From: an uncultured Acidobacteriota bacterium
GTDB lineage: Bacteria; Acidobacteriota; UBA6911
Length of the DNA: 64,000 bases
NCBI GenBank assembly: GCA_963827655.1
Contig: CAWHCF010000029.1
Location: 64,001-128,000 of the forward strand
Reading direction: 5' to 3'
Shown here: piece after piece, positions 50,014 through 60,079 of the stretch
How the letters are laid out: every line of letters starts with the position of its first letter
Numbering within the stretch: position 1 is the first letter of the stretch
Notes under the pieces: generated by a model
Told to the model about the DNA's origin: nothing
Databases searched by the model: none
The model's input: the letters and a program-made list of their open reading frames with translations, nothing else
Position numbers and translations under genes: made by a program

Positions 50014-50816
50014 ATGTTGAGAAACGGCGAGAGGTAGATGATCAGGTTGTTGAGGAAAAAGTCCGCCGCAATCACAAGAATGGAGCTGGTCACAACGGCC
50101 TGCGTCGTAGAACGTCCCACTCCTGCCGTTCCTCCGTAAGTCCTCAAACCGACGTAGCACCCGGTCATTGAGATGATGAAACCGAACACGATCGGCTTGA
50201 TCAGGGTTCCAAAGACATCGGCAAACTCCAGAGCGCTGATGGCGTCCGACCAGTACTGGCTCGAACTGATCAGGATCTTGTAGCGCGCAATAACCCAACC
50301 TCCACACATTCCCACGGCATTGCAAATGATGGTCAAGAGGGGAAGCGTGACCACGGTAGCTATCATTCTCGGTGTAACCAGTTTCCGAGTAGGATCCGTA
50401 CCGAGGGCGCGCATCGCGTTGATCTGTTCTGAAACCACCATGGAGCCCAGCTCGGAGGCTATGCCGGACCCGATACGCCCGGCAACCATGAGGGCGGACA
50501 GAACGGGGCCGAGCTCGCGGATGAGCGTGATGGCCACGAGCTGTCCGGTGATGCTGACCGCGCCGTAGCGGCGCAGGGCGCTTTCGGACTGGATTGCCAG
50601 AACAGCTCCGGTGAAAAACCCGGTAAGCACGATAATGGTCGAGGATCCCACTCCGACCCGGTCCATCTGAAGAAAGATTTCCTTTACGTATATCGGTCTG
50701 GTGAAAAGATTGGCGATAGCTCGGGTACTGAGAAAAGTGTAGGATTGGATTTCAACTATGGCTTGAATGAGGAATCGGAAAGGGGCCTGCACCGCTGCCG
50801 ACAAGGAGTTGCTCAT
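50010..50816 (-). CDS. mlaE: MlaE-like ABC permease
   Basis: RELGPVL, GRIGSGIASELGSM, EQINAMRALG, GVGRSTTQAVV. Confidence 0.95.
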   Translation of the reverse strand: MSNSLSAAVQAPFRFLIQAIVEIQSYTFLSTRAIANLFTRPIYVKEIFLQMDRVGVGSSTIIVLTGFFTGAVLAIQSESALRRYGAVSITGQLVAITLIRELGPVLSALMVAGRIGSGIASELGSMVVSEQINAMRALGTDPTRKLVTPRMIATVVTLPLLTIICNAVGMCGGWVIARYKILISSSQYWSDAISALEFADVFGTLIKPIVFGFIISMTGCYVGLRTYGGTAGVGRSTTQAVVTSSILVIAADFFLNNLIIYLSPFLNI

Positions 50817-50998
50817 GAGGAGTTGACCCTGCGGAAGTTTATGGGGCTGCCCTTCGCGAAGTCAAGGGCAACGGGGCTCACTCCAGCTCTAAGTTTTTGA
50901 AATTCAACCGAGATCGTCTCTTTTTCCAGGTTCTGTGGATAAATCTTCGGGTTCCTTTGCGTCTTTGCGGTGGCTTTGTATAGGAGTCTGCCAAAGCT

Positions 50999-52171
50999 AT
51001 GCTTCGTTTTGTGACCTCCGGCGAGTCTCATGGCAAGTGTTTGATCGGCGTGCTCGAGGGTCTTCCGTCGGGTCTTTCGGTTGATCTTGAGTTTATCAAT
51101 TTCCAGCTCTACCGGCGCCAGTTGGGTTACGGGCGGGGCGGGCGCATGCGCATCGAAAAAGATCACATTGAGATTCAGGCGGGAGTCCGGCACGGTAAAA
51201 CGATCGGCAGTCCGATAGCCTTCAAGATCGAAAACCGAGATTGGCAGCACTGGCAGATTCCGATGTCTCCAGAGCCGGTTCCCGAAGGGTCTAACATACG
51301 CTCGCTCACCCGGCCGCGTCCGGGTCATGTCGATCTCGCAGGGGCTTTGAAATATCAAACCCGGGATGTGCGTGATGTTCTCGAGCGGGCTAGCGCGCGC
51401 GAGACTGCCACGCGCGTGGCGATCGGCGCTTTCTGCCGGCTCTTCCTTCGTCATTTCAAGATTGAGTTGGGGAGTCAAGTGCTCTCGGTCGGACGCGAAA
51501 GGGTCGCGCCGGAGTTTGAAGAGTTAGAGAGCGAGCAGATCTTCAAGATCGACCCCGAATCTCCGATGCATTGCGCGGACATCCAGGCAGAGAAACGCAT
51601 GATGGCTGCCATCGATCGGGCCAAGGAGGCCGGGGACACGCTGGGTGGGATCGTCGAAGTTGTCGCGAGCCGCGTGCCGGTCGGTCTGGGTTCTCACATT
51701 CAATGGGACCGCAAACTTGATGGACAGCTGGCCCAGGCTCTTATGAGCATTCCGGCCGCGAAAGCGGTTGAGATCGGAACCGGTGTTAAAGGGGCAGAGA
51801 ACTTCGGTTCCGAGGTCCACGACGAAATCTTTTACGACGCGCAGAAGAGAAGGTTTAATCGCCGCACCAATCGCGCCGGGGGGCTTGAAGCCGGAATCAC
51901 CGATGGAGCCGATCTTCGAGCGCGGGTTTACATGAAGCCGATTCCCACGCTGCGGAAGCCGCTGAGGTCCGTCGACCTTCGGACCAAGGAGCCTTTCGAA
52001 GCCGCCTTTGAGCGAAGCGACACCTGTGTTGTCCCGGCCGCCGCCGTGATCGCCGAGGCGATGATGTCGATCGTGGTGGCGCGCGCGTTTTTGGAGAAAT
52101 TCGGCGGCGACTCCCTGGGCGAGACCGAAGCCAACTTCGCTAATTATGAGAAGCTGCTCGATGAATACTAG
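50999..52171 (+). CDS. aroC: Chorismate synthase
   Basis: GESHG, RPGHVD, ERASARET, MKPIPT, RSD. Confidence 0.98.
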   Translation: MLRFVTSGESHGKCLIGVLEGLPSGLSVDLEFINFQLYRRQLGYGRGGRMRIEKDHIEIQAGVRHGKTIGSPIAFKIENRDWQHWQIPMSPEPVPEGSNIRSLTRPRPGHVDLAGALKYQTRDVRDVLERASARETATRVAIGAFCRLFLRHFKIELGSQVLSVGRERVAPEFEELESEQIFKIDPESPMHCADIQAEKRMMAAIDRAKEAGDTLGGIVEVVASRVPVGLGSHIQWDRKLDGQLAQALMSIPAAKAVEIGTGVKGAENFGSEVHDEIFYDAQKRRFNRRTNRAGGLEAGITDGADLRARVYMKPIPTLRKPLRSVDLRTKEPFEAAFERSDTCVVPAAAVIAEAMMSIVVARAFLEKFGGDSLGETEANFANYEKLLDEY

Positions 52172-52287
52172 AGCTTGTTCCCGCAGGCTCGAAGAAAGCA
52201 AGAGCCTCCGCCAGGACGCGAATCCGGACAGTTCTGCCTCTTGCGCCGCCTGCGATTCCGGCGGTCAAGGTCGCGTCCAAGATCAAC

Positions 52288-52316
52288 TGGACAAGCCGAT
52301 CTGTCCCCACTAGAAT
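52288..52316 (+). promoter_or_regulatory. sigma70 promoter of def-fmt-rsmB with very short leader
   Basis: TGGACA-17 bp-TAGAAT-9 nt-ATG; no SD. Confidence 0.55.
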
Positions 52317-52325
52317 TTTGCACTT

Positions 52326-52835
52326 ATGCTTCTGCCGATCCTCAAATTCGGGGCTCCGGAACTCAAGCGCGTCAGCGTGCCGGTGGATGTCTTCAATAGC
52401 GAGCTCGAGAAGATTGTGAAGAACATGGTCGAAACCATGTACGGCGCACCCGGTATAGGTTTGGCGGCTCCTCAAGTAGGTCTCAATATCCGGCTGGCCA
52501 CGGTGGATCTCTCGGTGGGCGAGGACAAGGGCCGGCTGATTAAGATTTGCAATCCTGAGATAATCTCGATCGATGGTGAACAAAAGAGCGAGGAAGGTTG
52601 TCTCAGCATTCCCGAATTCACCGACACGATTCTGCGACCCAAGCGGATTGTGGTTCGCGGCCAGGATATCCATGGAGATGAGATTCGGATTGAAGCTGAA
52701 GGGTTACTGGCTCGGTGCTTCAGCCATGAGATCGACCATTTGAACGGCATCTTGTTTATCGATCATCTCAATTCCGTAAAAAAGAACCTGGTCCGCAACA
52801 AGATCAAGAAACTGGCGAGAGCCGGTCAATGGTAA
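52326..52835 (+). CDS. def: Peptide deformylase
   Basis: GIGLAAPQ, EGCLS, HEIDH. Confidence 0.98.
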   Translation: MLLPILKFGAPELKRVSVPVDVFNSELEKIVKNMVETMYGAPGIGLAAPQVGLNIRLATVDLSVGEDKGRLIKICNPEIISIDGEQKSEEGCLSIPEFTDTILRPKRIVVRGQDIHGDEIRIEAEGLLARCFSHEIDHLNGILFIDHLNSVKKNLVRNKIKKLARAGQW

Positions 52836-52839
52836 GCCC

Positions 52840-53814
52840 ATGCGCGTGGTCTTCATGGGCACGCCGGAGTTTGCCATCCCCTCACTGCGCGCGCTCATTC
52901 AGAGCTCTTACGAGGTCTCCGCTGTTATCACTCAACCGGACCGGCCCGCGGGACGGGGCCATCGGTCACAGCCGCCGCCGGTTAAGGTTTTCGCCCAGGA
53001 TCGTGGCATACCGGTCTATCAACCCGCGAAAATCCGCGCCGAAGAGAACCGTTTCTTCATCGAGCCAAGGCCTGACTTTCTAGTGGTGGTGGCCTACGGC
53101 CAGATCCTTCCCGGCTGGCTTCTTCAAAGCCCTGCAATAGCGCCGGTCAACGTGCACGGATCGCTCCTGCCGCGCTATCGGGGAGCAGCGCCGGCGGCCT
53201 GGGCGATCATGAATGGCGATCCTGTGACCGGCGTCACCACAATGCTGATAGAAGAACGTCTGGATGCAGGACCGACCCTCCTTAAGAGGGAAGTCCCGAT
53301 TCCTCCTACCATGACTCGAGGGGAGTTAGAACAAGTGCTGTCGGGAATCGGCGCCGAACTGCTGGTTCCCACGCTCGATGGCCTGGCTCGACAGAGCCTT
53401 CAACCCATTCCGCAAGATGCCAGTAAGGCCAGTATGGCGCCGAAGATCACGCGCGAAATGGCTCGCGTATGCTGGAACAATGACGCGGTGAAAGTGCACA
53501 ACTTTATTCGTGCATTGAATCCGTGGCCTCTGGCCAGGTCCGAGTTTCGAGGTGAGTCGCTCCATATTCTTCGAGCCTTACCCGATAGCGCCGATGCCTC
53601 GCCGGCGCAGGCTGTGCCCGGGGTTTTCCTCGGCGTCACCCGAAGCGGGATCCGCGTCCAATGCGGAAGCGGTACCGTTCTCGAACTGCTTGAGGTGCAA
53701 CTGGCGGGCCGGAATCGGATCAGCGGCCGGGACTTCGCGAGCGGCGCAAGGCTTCGTCCCGGGGAGTTGCTGTCTTCACTCCGTGCCGGGCATCTTAGGA
53801 GCGTCATTGCGTGA
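52840..53814 (+). CDS. fmt: Methionyl-tRNA formyltransferase
   Basis: VFMGTPEFA, TQPDRPAGRG, NVHGSLLPRYRGAAP. Confidence 0.98.
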   Translation: MRVVFMGTPEFAIPSLRALIQSSYEVSAVITQPDRPAGRGHRSQPPPVKVFAQDRGIPVYQPAKIRAEENRFFIEPRPDFLVVVAYGQILPGWLLQSPAIAPVNVHGSLLPRYRGAAPAAWAIMNGDPVTGVTTMLIEERLDAGPTLLKREVPIPPTMTRGELEQVLSGIGAELLVPTLDGLARQSLQPIPQDASKASMAPKITREMARVCWNNDAVKVHNFIRALNPWPLARSEFRGESLHILRALPDSADASPAQAVPGVFLGVTRSGIRVQCGSGTVLELLEVQLAGRNRISGRDFASGARLRPGELLSSLRAGHLRSVIA

Positions 53815-55097
53815 TTGCGCCGGCCCGCCTCGCTTCCTTTGACATTCTCTGCCAGATCGAGACTCGCGCCGCATTCAGCGACTACCTCCTGAACGCGGCG
53901 CGGATTGCGGCCATGAGCCCGCGCGACCGCAATCTTACCCGGGAGATCGTATACGGCACACTACGCTGGCAAGGCCTGATCGATCACGTCATCATGAAGA
54001 CCAGTTCTCGCCCGGAGCTGGATCCGGGAGTACGCATCCTGCTCCGCATGAGCGTTTACCAGATGCTTTACCTGAATCGTGTTCCTCACCATGCCGTGGT
54101 TCACGACGCGGTCGAAATATCCAAGGGTCAGTTGCGGTCTGGCACGCCTGGATTCATCAACGGCGTGCTGCGCCGGTTGAGCCAAAAGCGCCCGTGGGCC
54201 GAAGCGGCATTCGAACGAGACTTCCCACCGTGGGTTCGCGTTTCACTCCCCTCATGGCTGTGGCACCGCTGGACGGCAAGATTCGGCGAGGCGCGCGCAA
54301 CCGAGTATGCGCTTTCGCTCAATCGTCCGCCTCGAATGGCGCTGCGCCTTGCCGGCGAGGCTATTGGTAGGGAAAACCTGATCGCCCATGGCCACCTCTC
54401 GGAACTTGTTCCCGGCGCCCTTCTGATTGACACGGACCTGCCCCGTCCCTCGCCCGATACTTTACTCAAGGCCCAGGATGAAGCGTCCCAGCTCATTCCG
54501 CACCTTCTGGGTCCGATCGCAGGATGGAAAATATGGGATGCGTGCGCGGCCCCGGGAGGCAAGGCTGCCATCCTCTCTTCCATGTGCGGAAGGGAAGGAA
54601 GCGTGACTGCTACCGATATCCATCCGGCGCGGGCGCGCCGCTTGCGCGGCGTGGTGGACAGAACCCTCGGTTTCGATGTTCTCGTGGCCGACGCAAGACA
54701 GGCTCCCCCGTTTCGGAAAAAATTCGACGCGGTGCTGGCCGACGTTCCCTGTTCGGGTCTGGGAACCCTGCGCCGAAACCCGGAGATCAAATGGCGCTTC
54801 AACCCGGATCAACTGGGTTCCATCCAGCCGACCCAGGAACAAATCCTGGCATCCGCGTCAGAAGCCGTGCGCAGCGGAGGACTCTTGATCTATTCGACCT
54901 GCTCCACCGAGCCGGAGGAAAACGAGCAGGTAGTCCATGCCTTCCTCAGAACCCACCCGGAATTCCGGCTTCGGAGGCCATCCAGTCCTCCCGGAATCGA
55001 ATCCTGGCTGGGCTCGGACGATATGCTGCGGACGTTTCCCGGTGAAAGGCCGTGGGATGGTTTTTTTGCCGCCCTTCTGGCGCGAGCGGGTTCATAG
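53811..55097 (+). CDS. rsmB: 16S rRNA m5C967 methyltransferase
   Basis: NusB-like N-terminus; QDEASQ, DACAAPGGK, DVPCSGLG, YSTCS. Confidence 0.95.
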   Translation: MIAPARLASFDILCQIETRAAFSDYLLNAARIAAMSPRDRNLTREIVYGTLRWQGLIDHVIMKTSSRPELDPGVRILLRMSVYQMLYLNRVPHHAVVHDAVEISKGQLRSGTPGFINGVLRRLSQKRPWAEAAFERDFPPWVRVSLPSWLWHRWTARFGEARATEYALSLNRPPRMALRLAGEAIGRENLIAHGHLSELVPGALLIDTDLPRPSPDTLLKAQDEASQLIPHLLGPIAGWKIWDACAAPGGKAAILSSMCGREGSVTATDIHPARARRLRGVVDRTLGFDVLVADARQAPPFRKKFDAVLADVPCSGLGTLRRNPEIKWRFNPDQLGSIQPTQEQILASASEAVRSGGLLIYSTCSTEPEENEQVVHAFLRTHPEFRLRRPSSPPGIESWLGSDDMLRTFPGERPWDGFFAALLARAGS

Positions 55098-55219
55098 TCA
55101 GGGTGAGACGCAAAGGCTGGTAAAGACATGATGTGAATAGGGAATTCTGCCTTGAATTGCTCGAGGACGCTATGCTAACCTTCACGCGTTGAAATGATAG
55201 GAAACTTCAATTGGGACGA

Positions 55220-55903
55220 ATGATAAACATCGCGCCCTCAATCCTTTCCGCCGACTTTGCCCATCTCGCCAGCGAGATAAAGAAGGCAGAGGACGGGGGA
55301 GCCGATGTAATTCACGTCGACGTTATGGACGGCCATTTCGTCCCGAACATTACGCTGGGCCCTCCCGTTATAGCCTCGATCCGCAAGGTCACCGAGCTTC
55401 CGCTCGATGCCCATCTCATGATCGAGGAGCCCGCGCGGTACGTTGACGATCTCGTTCGAGCTGGAGTTAACTGGATTTCGGTTCACGTTGAGGCCGATGC
55501 TCACCTGAACCGGACCATTCGCCACATCCAGGATCAGGGAATCCGGGCCGGCGTGGCGATAAACCCGGCGACTCCGATTGGAACTTTAGAGGAGATTCTT
55601 CCTGACGTAGAGTTTGTCCTGGTGATGAGCGTGAATCCGGGCTTCGGGGGGCAGCATTTTATTCCTTCCAGTCTGGACAAAATTCGAAAACTCAAGGAGC
55701 TTATTACGTCTTATGGCTACAGGGCGCAGATCGAGGTCGATGGCGGTATTGGGACTGGAAACCTCCGCAAACTAATCGATGCGGGGGCCGACATCGTGGT
55801 GGCGGGGTCGGCCATTTTCCAATCCGCAACGGGCGCGACCGAAGCTGTCCGAGAGATGAGATCCATCGCCGACAGTTACAGCCGGGTCCTGGAGACGACC
55901 TAG
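55220..55903 (+). CDS. rpe: Ribulose-phosphate 3-epimerase
   Basis: APSILSADF, HVDVMDGHFVPN, MSVNPGFGGQ, VDGG. Confidence 0.98.
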   Translation: MINIAPSILSADFAHLASEIKKAEDGGADVIHVDVMDGHFVPNITLGPPVIASIRKVTELPLDAHLMIEEPARYVDDLVRAGVNWISVHVEADAHLNRTIRHIQDQGIRAGVAINPATPIGTLEEILPDVEFVLVMSVNPGFGGQHFIPSSLDKIRKLKELITSYGYRAQIEVDGGIGTGNLRKLIDAGADIVVAGSAIFQSATGATEAVREMRSIADSYSRVLETT

Positions 55904-55941
55904 ATTGCGCAGTGAAGATTCCGGCAGCGTCGGAGGAACTG

Positions 55942-57117
55942 ATGATGCGGCTAAGATTACGCACTTTACCTTTTCTTTTGTTTTTGCTGACCCTCTGGGG
56001 ATGTGGTCAGAAAGGCGCGAAGCTTCAAAAGAGCGTCGTGCCGCCGGACAAGACCCTTTTCGAAACGGGGCAGGAGTACCTGGAGAAGAGCCAGTTCATA
56101 AAAGCGAGGCTCTCGTTCCAGACTCTGATCAATACCTATCCTGACAGCGAACTCGCGTCCGAGTCCGTCCTGGCGATCGGAGATTCGTTTTATGATGAAG
56201 GCGGCACCGAGAATCTCCTTCAGGCCGAGGATCAGTACAAGAACTTCATCGTCTTCTTCCCGACGAATCCCAAAGCAGCCGACGCGCAGATGAAGATAGC
56301 GTCGCTCAACATGAAGATGATGCGGGCTCCCGACCGAGACCAGAGCTACGCTTATAAGGCGCAGGATTCACTGAGGAAGATGATCGAGCTGTTCCCGGAC
56401 AGTGAGTATATCCCGATCGCCAAGGAGCAGTTGAAGCAGGTGCAGGAGACTCTGGCGCAGTCTAATTTTGGCGTGGGAAAGTTCTACCTGGACCGGGGCC
56501 GACACCGGGCTGCGACCTCACGGTTCAAGGAAAACGTCGAGAGGTACGCCGAGTTCTCGGGCATGGACGAAAACCTCTTCTTGCTGGCTCAGTCTCTGGA
56601 GAAATCGGAGAACTCCGACGAGGCGTCGATCTATTACACGCGTATTGCGACGGGATTTCCGTTTAGCCCGAGATTTGATCAGGCAAAAGCCCGGCTCGAG
56701 GAGATGGGGAAACCGTTACCGGAGGTCGACACTCAGGTGGCCGCTCTGAACGAGTCGCGACTGAAGCCTGTCGAGGGTTTTTCTCCGCTCCGTCCGATCA
56801 AGGATTTCGGCAAGGCCTTGGGTTTCGTGGGTCCGCCCGACCCTTACGAAACTGCAAAAAGGGCCGTGGAGTCTAGTCGCGCTGAGGCCAGCACCGCTGA
56901 GACCGCGACGGTTGCCGACGGCGAGAAGGCAGGAGACGACTTCCCGATTCAAGCTACCATAACGAAGTCGAGTACGGGCTCAAGCGAGGCCAAGGCTGTT
57001 CTGGGGTCGAATCCCAAGGAGACCGAAAAGAGCACCGACAAGAATGACAACAAGAATGACAAGAAGAAACCCAAGAAAAGCAGCGGCGGAAAGCCGAACG
57101 AGAAAAAACCGTCCTGA
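55942..57117 (+). CDS. bamD: Outer-membrane assembly lipoprotein BamD with low-complexity C-terminal tail
   Basis: Lipobox LWGC; TPR-like repeats, FQTLINTYPDS, PDRDQS; Lys-rich tail. Confidence 0.85.
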   Translation: MMRLRLRTLPFLLFLLTLWGCGQKGAKLQKSVVPPDKTLFETGQEYLEKSQFIKARLSFQTLINTYPDSELASESVLAIGDSFYDEGGTENLLQAEDQYKNFIVFFPTNPKAADAQMKIASLNMKMMRAPDRDQSYAYKAQDSLRKMIELFPDSEYIPIAKEQLKQVQETLAQSNFGVGKFYLDRGRHRAATSRFKENVERYAEFSGMDENLFLLAQSLEKSENSDEASIYYTRIATGFPFSPRFDQAKARLEEMGKPLPEVDTQVAALNESRLKPVEGFSPLRPIKDFGKALGFVGPPDPYETAKRAVESSRAEASTAETATVADGEKAGDDFPIQATITKSSTGSSEAKAVLGSNPKETEKSTDKNDNKNDKKKPKKSSGGKPNEKKPS

Positions 57118-57130
57118 GGTTTCGGAAAGA

Positions 57131-57167
57131 CTCTTGGTGTTTCTTCGTGTCTTTGAGTCTTAGTGGT
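57131..57167 (-). repeat. Copy of the dispersed AAGACACGAAG-type repeat
   Basis: Reverse complement matches 1874-1910 with 3 mismatches in 37 bp. Confidence 0.85.
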
Positions 57168-57347
57168 TTGGTTTTAGCCTAAGTATCCGAATACCCCTAA
57201 AGATCCACACTGTTCCCGGCCGCCGCGGTGCAGGCAGTTCGGCCGTTCTAGACGGCACCTCCGTTTTTTAATAGAATGCAGCGTCCTCATGGCCGGAAAC
57301 CCCTTGCCTGGGGCTCTCGGCCGGCCTATGCCCGCAACCTGAGGGTA

Positions 57348-60078
57348 ATGATGGCTGGAAAGAAGCCTGGTTCATCTTACGATCCCGCTCCTGTGGAGCA
57401 GAAGTGGTATCCCTTCTGGGAGAGACAGGGCTACTTCACGGCGGATGCGAAGTCCGGGAAACCAAGGTTTTCGATCGTAATTCCTCCCCCCAACGTGACG
57501 GGTTCGCTGCATATGGGTCACGCCCTCCAGCACACCCTCCATGACATTCTCGTCCGGTGGAAAAGGATGAGCGGTTACAACACCCTCTGGCTTCCCGGGA
57601 CCGATCACGCGAGCATCGCAGTGCACTATGTCCTCGACAAACAGCTGGCACAAGAAAAACGGACGCGATTTGATCTCGGACGCGAGCGCTTTCTCGAGAT
57701 GGCTTGGAGATGGAAAGAAACCAGCGGGGGCACGATTCTCAACCAGATGCGACGCATGGGGGTGTCTTGCGACTGGACCCGAGAACGCTTCACCATGGAC
57801 GAAGGCTTGTCTCACGCCGTTCGAGAGGTCTTCGTTCGCCTCTATGAAGAAGGGTTGATTTACCGCGGCGAATACACCGTCAACTGGTGCCCGCGATGCA
57901 AGACAGCCATTTCCGATCTCGAGGTTGCGTACGAAGCCGTGCAGGGGAAACTGTGGCATGTGAAATACCCTCTGGTTGATGGAACCGGGTTCGTAACGGT
58001 TGCAACCACCCGGCCCGAGACGATGCTGGGCGATACGGCCGTCGCAGTTCATCCCGAGGACGAGAGGTACCAGGCGATCGTCGGCAAGAAAGTCACACTC
58101 CCGGTTGTGAATCGAGAGTTGCCGGTTATTGGCGATCATTTTGTCGACCGTACCTTCGGAACCGGAGCCGTCAAGGTAACTCCTGCGCACGACCCGCACG
58201 ACTATGAAGTGGGGCTCCGGCACAATCTCCCTCGAATAACCGTGATCGACGACGCGGGAAAAATGACGGCCGAGGCGGGCCCCTATGCCGGAATGGATCG
58301 CTTCGAATGTCGTAAGCGGCTGGTGGAGCGGCTCGGGGAAGAGGGCTACCTGCTGAAGGTCGAAGACTACCAGCACAACGTCGGTCACTGTGACCGCTGT
58401 TCGACCATCGTAGAACCGAAGATTTCTCTCCAGTGGTACCTTCGCGTGGACTCGCTCGCAAAGCCCGCAATTGATGCGGTTGAGACCGGAAGGGTCGAGT
58501 TCATCCCCGACAGTTTCAAGAAACGGTACTTTGATTGGATGTACAACATTCACGACTGGTGTATATCCCGCCAGCTCTGGTGGGGGCACCGGATTCCAGC
58601 CTGGTACTGCGACGCGTGCGGCGAGGTCATTGTGAGCCGGACGACTCCATCGTTGTGCCCGAAATGCCAGGGTCCCTTGCGCGAGGAGACCGATATCCTC
58701 GACACCTGGTTCAGTTCTGCGCTATGGCCTTTTTCGACTCTGGGGTGGCCGGAGCGGACGGAAGATCTGAGAGTGTTCTATCCCACCGATGTCCTGATCA
58801 CCGGGCCGGATATTATTTTCTTCTGGGTTGCCCGGATGATCATGATGGGTCTGAAGTTCATGGGCGAGGTGCCGTTCCGTCAGGTTCATATCAATGGAAT
58901 CGTGCGCGACGCCAGCCGGAAGAAAATGAGCAAGACTCGAGGGAATGTGATCGAGCCGCTGCGTCTGGTCGAGCAATACGGCGCCGACGCGGTGCGATTC
59001 ACATTGTCCTCGATGGCAGTGCCCGGCACGGACATACCGTTTTCAGAAGACAGGATGAAAGGATACCGAGAATTCGCCAACAAGGTCTGGCAGGCGAGCA
59101 ATTTTGTCTTGATGAACCTGAACGATAACGCCCAGGCTGTGCCCGCCGAATTCATCGACGCGCTGCTGACGAAGCGGAAAGATGAGGATGGGTGAGCCGC
59201 AAAGGGACATGAGGGCTTCACAAGTCCCGTCTGGAGAGAGGCTCCCGCTCGAAGATCGTTGGATCTTGCACAGGTTGAACCGCGTGGCCGCCGAACTTTC
59301 CGAGGCCTTGGACAAATTCCGTTTTCATGACGCCTCGAACCTGATCTACCGGTTCATATGGCACGAGTTCTGTGACTGGTACATCGAGCTCGTGAAGCCG
59401 GCTTTAACCGGCGACGCCGCGAATTCGACGGAGCGAGAGTCGCGCATCAGAGTTCTTGTCCACGTTATGGATTACTCACTGCGGCTTCTTCACCCATTCA
59501 TGCCTTTCATAACCGAGGAGATCTGGCAGAGAATTCCCCATCAAGGCGACTCAATCATGATCCAGGATTTTCCCGAGTATCGAGAGGCGCGCGATGATCC
59601 GCAGGCGCAACTCGAGATGGAGACTCTTATGGATCTCGTGAGCTCCATCAGGTCGGCTCGGGCCGAGATGGGTATAGAGGATCGGAAGGAGCTCGACGCA
59701 TTTCTCATCGCGGCGGACAATGGCGCTCGAGAACTGATCGAGCGAAATATCGCAAAATTCCGCCGTCTCGCAAGCCTTGACAAGTTGGAATTCGTATCCT
59801 CGTTTCCGCCCAACCTGCTGAAGGGCGTGAGCAAGGCCGGAGAGTTCGGGATAAATGTCACGGGCGCGATCGATCTTGACGCCGAACGGCACCGAATGCA
59901 GAAGGAACTGACCCGCACCAGGAGTGAAATTGAAAAGATCGATCAAAAGATGAACAACCGCGAATTTCTGACGAAAGCTCCGGAAGCCGTCATTAGCGGG
60001 ATTCGGGATCGTCACGCCGAGTTGGTGGCAATATACGCGAAGCTGGAGTCCAATCTGGCGCGCCTCCCGTCACAATAG
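57348..60078 (+). CDS. valS: Valine-tRNA ligase, split into two ORFs by a +1 shift at ~59190
   Basis: [36 protein letters not shown] in ORF1 (to 59195); [22 protein letters not shown] and C-terminal coiled coil in ORF2 (59182..60078). Confidence 0.95.
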
Positions 60079-60079
60079 A

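Noticed and set aside
57037-57066. gacaagaatgacaacaagaatgacaagaag short tandem repeat
   Set aside because: Encodes the low-complexity DKNDNKNDKK tail of BamD; ordinary
59193-59330. Selenocysteine or stop read-through of the valS TGA
   Set aside because: The zero-frame continuation ([13 protein letters not shown]...) is not ValRS-like and soon stops; homology is in the +1 frame
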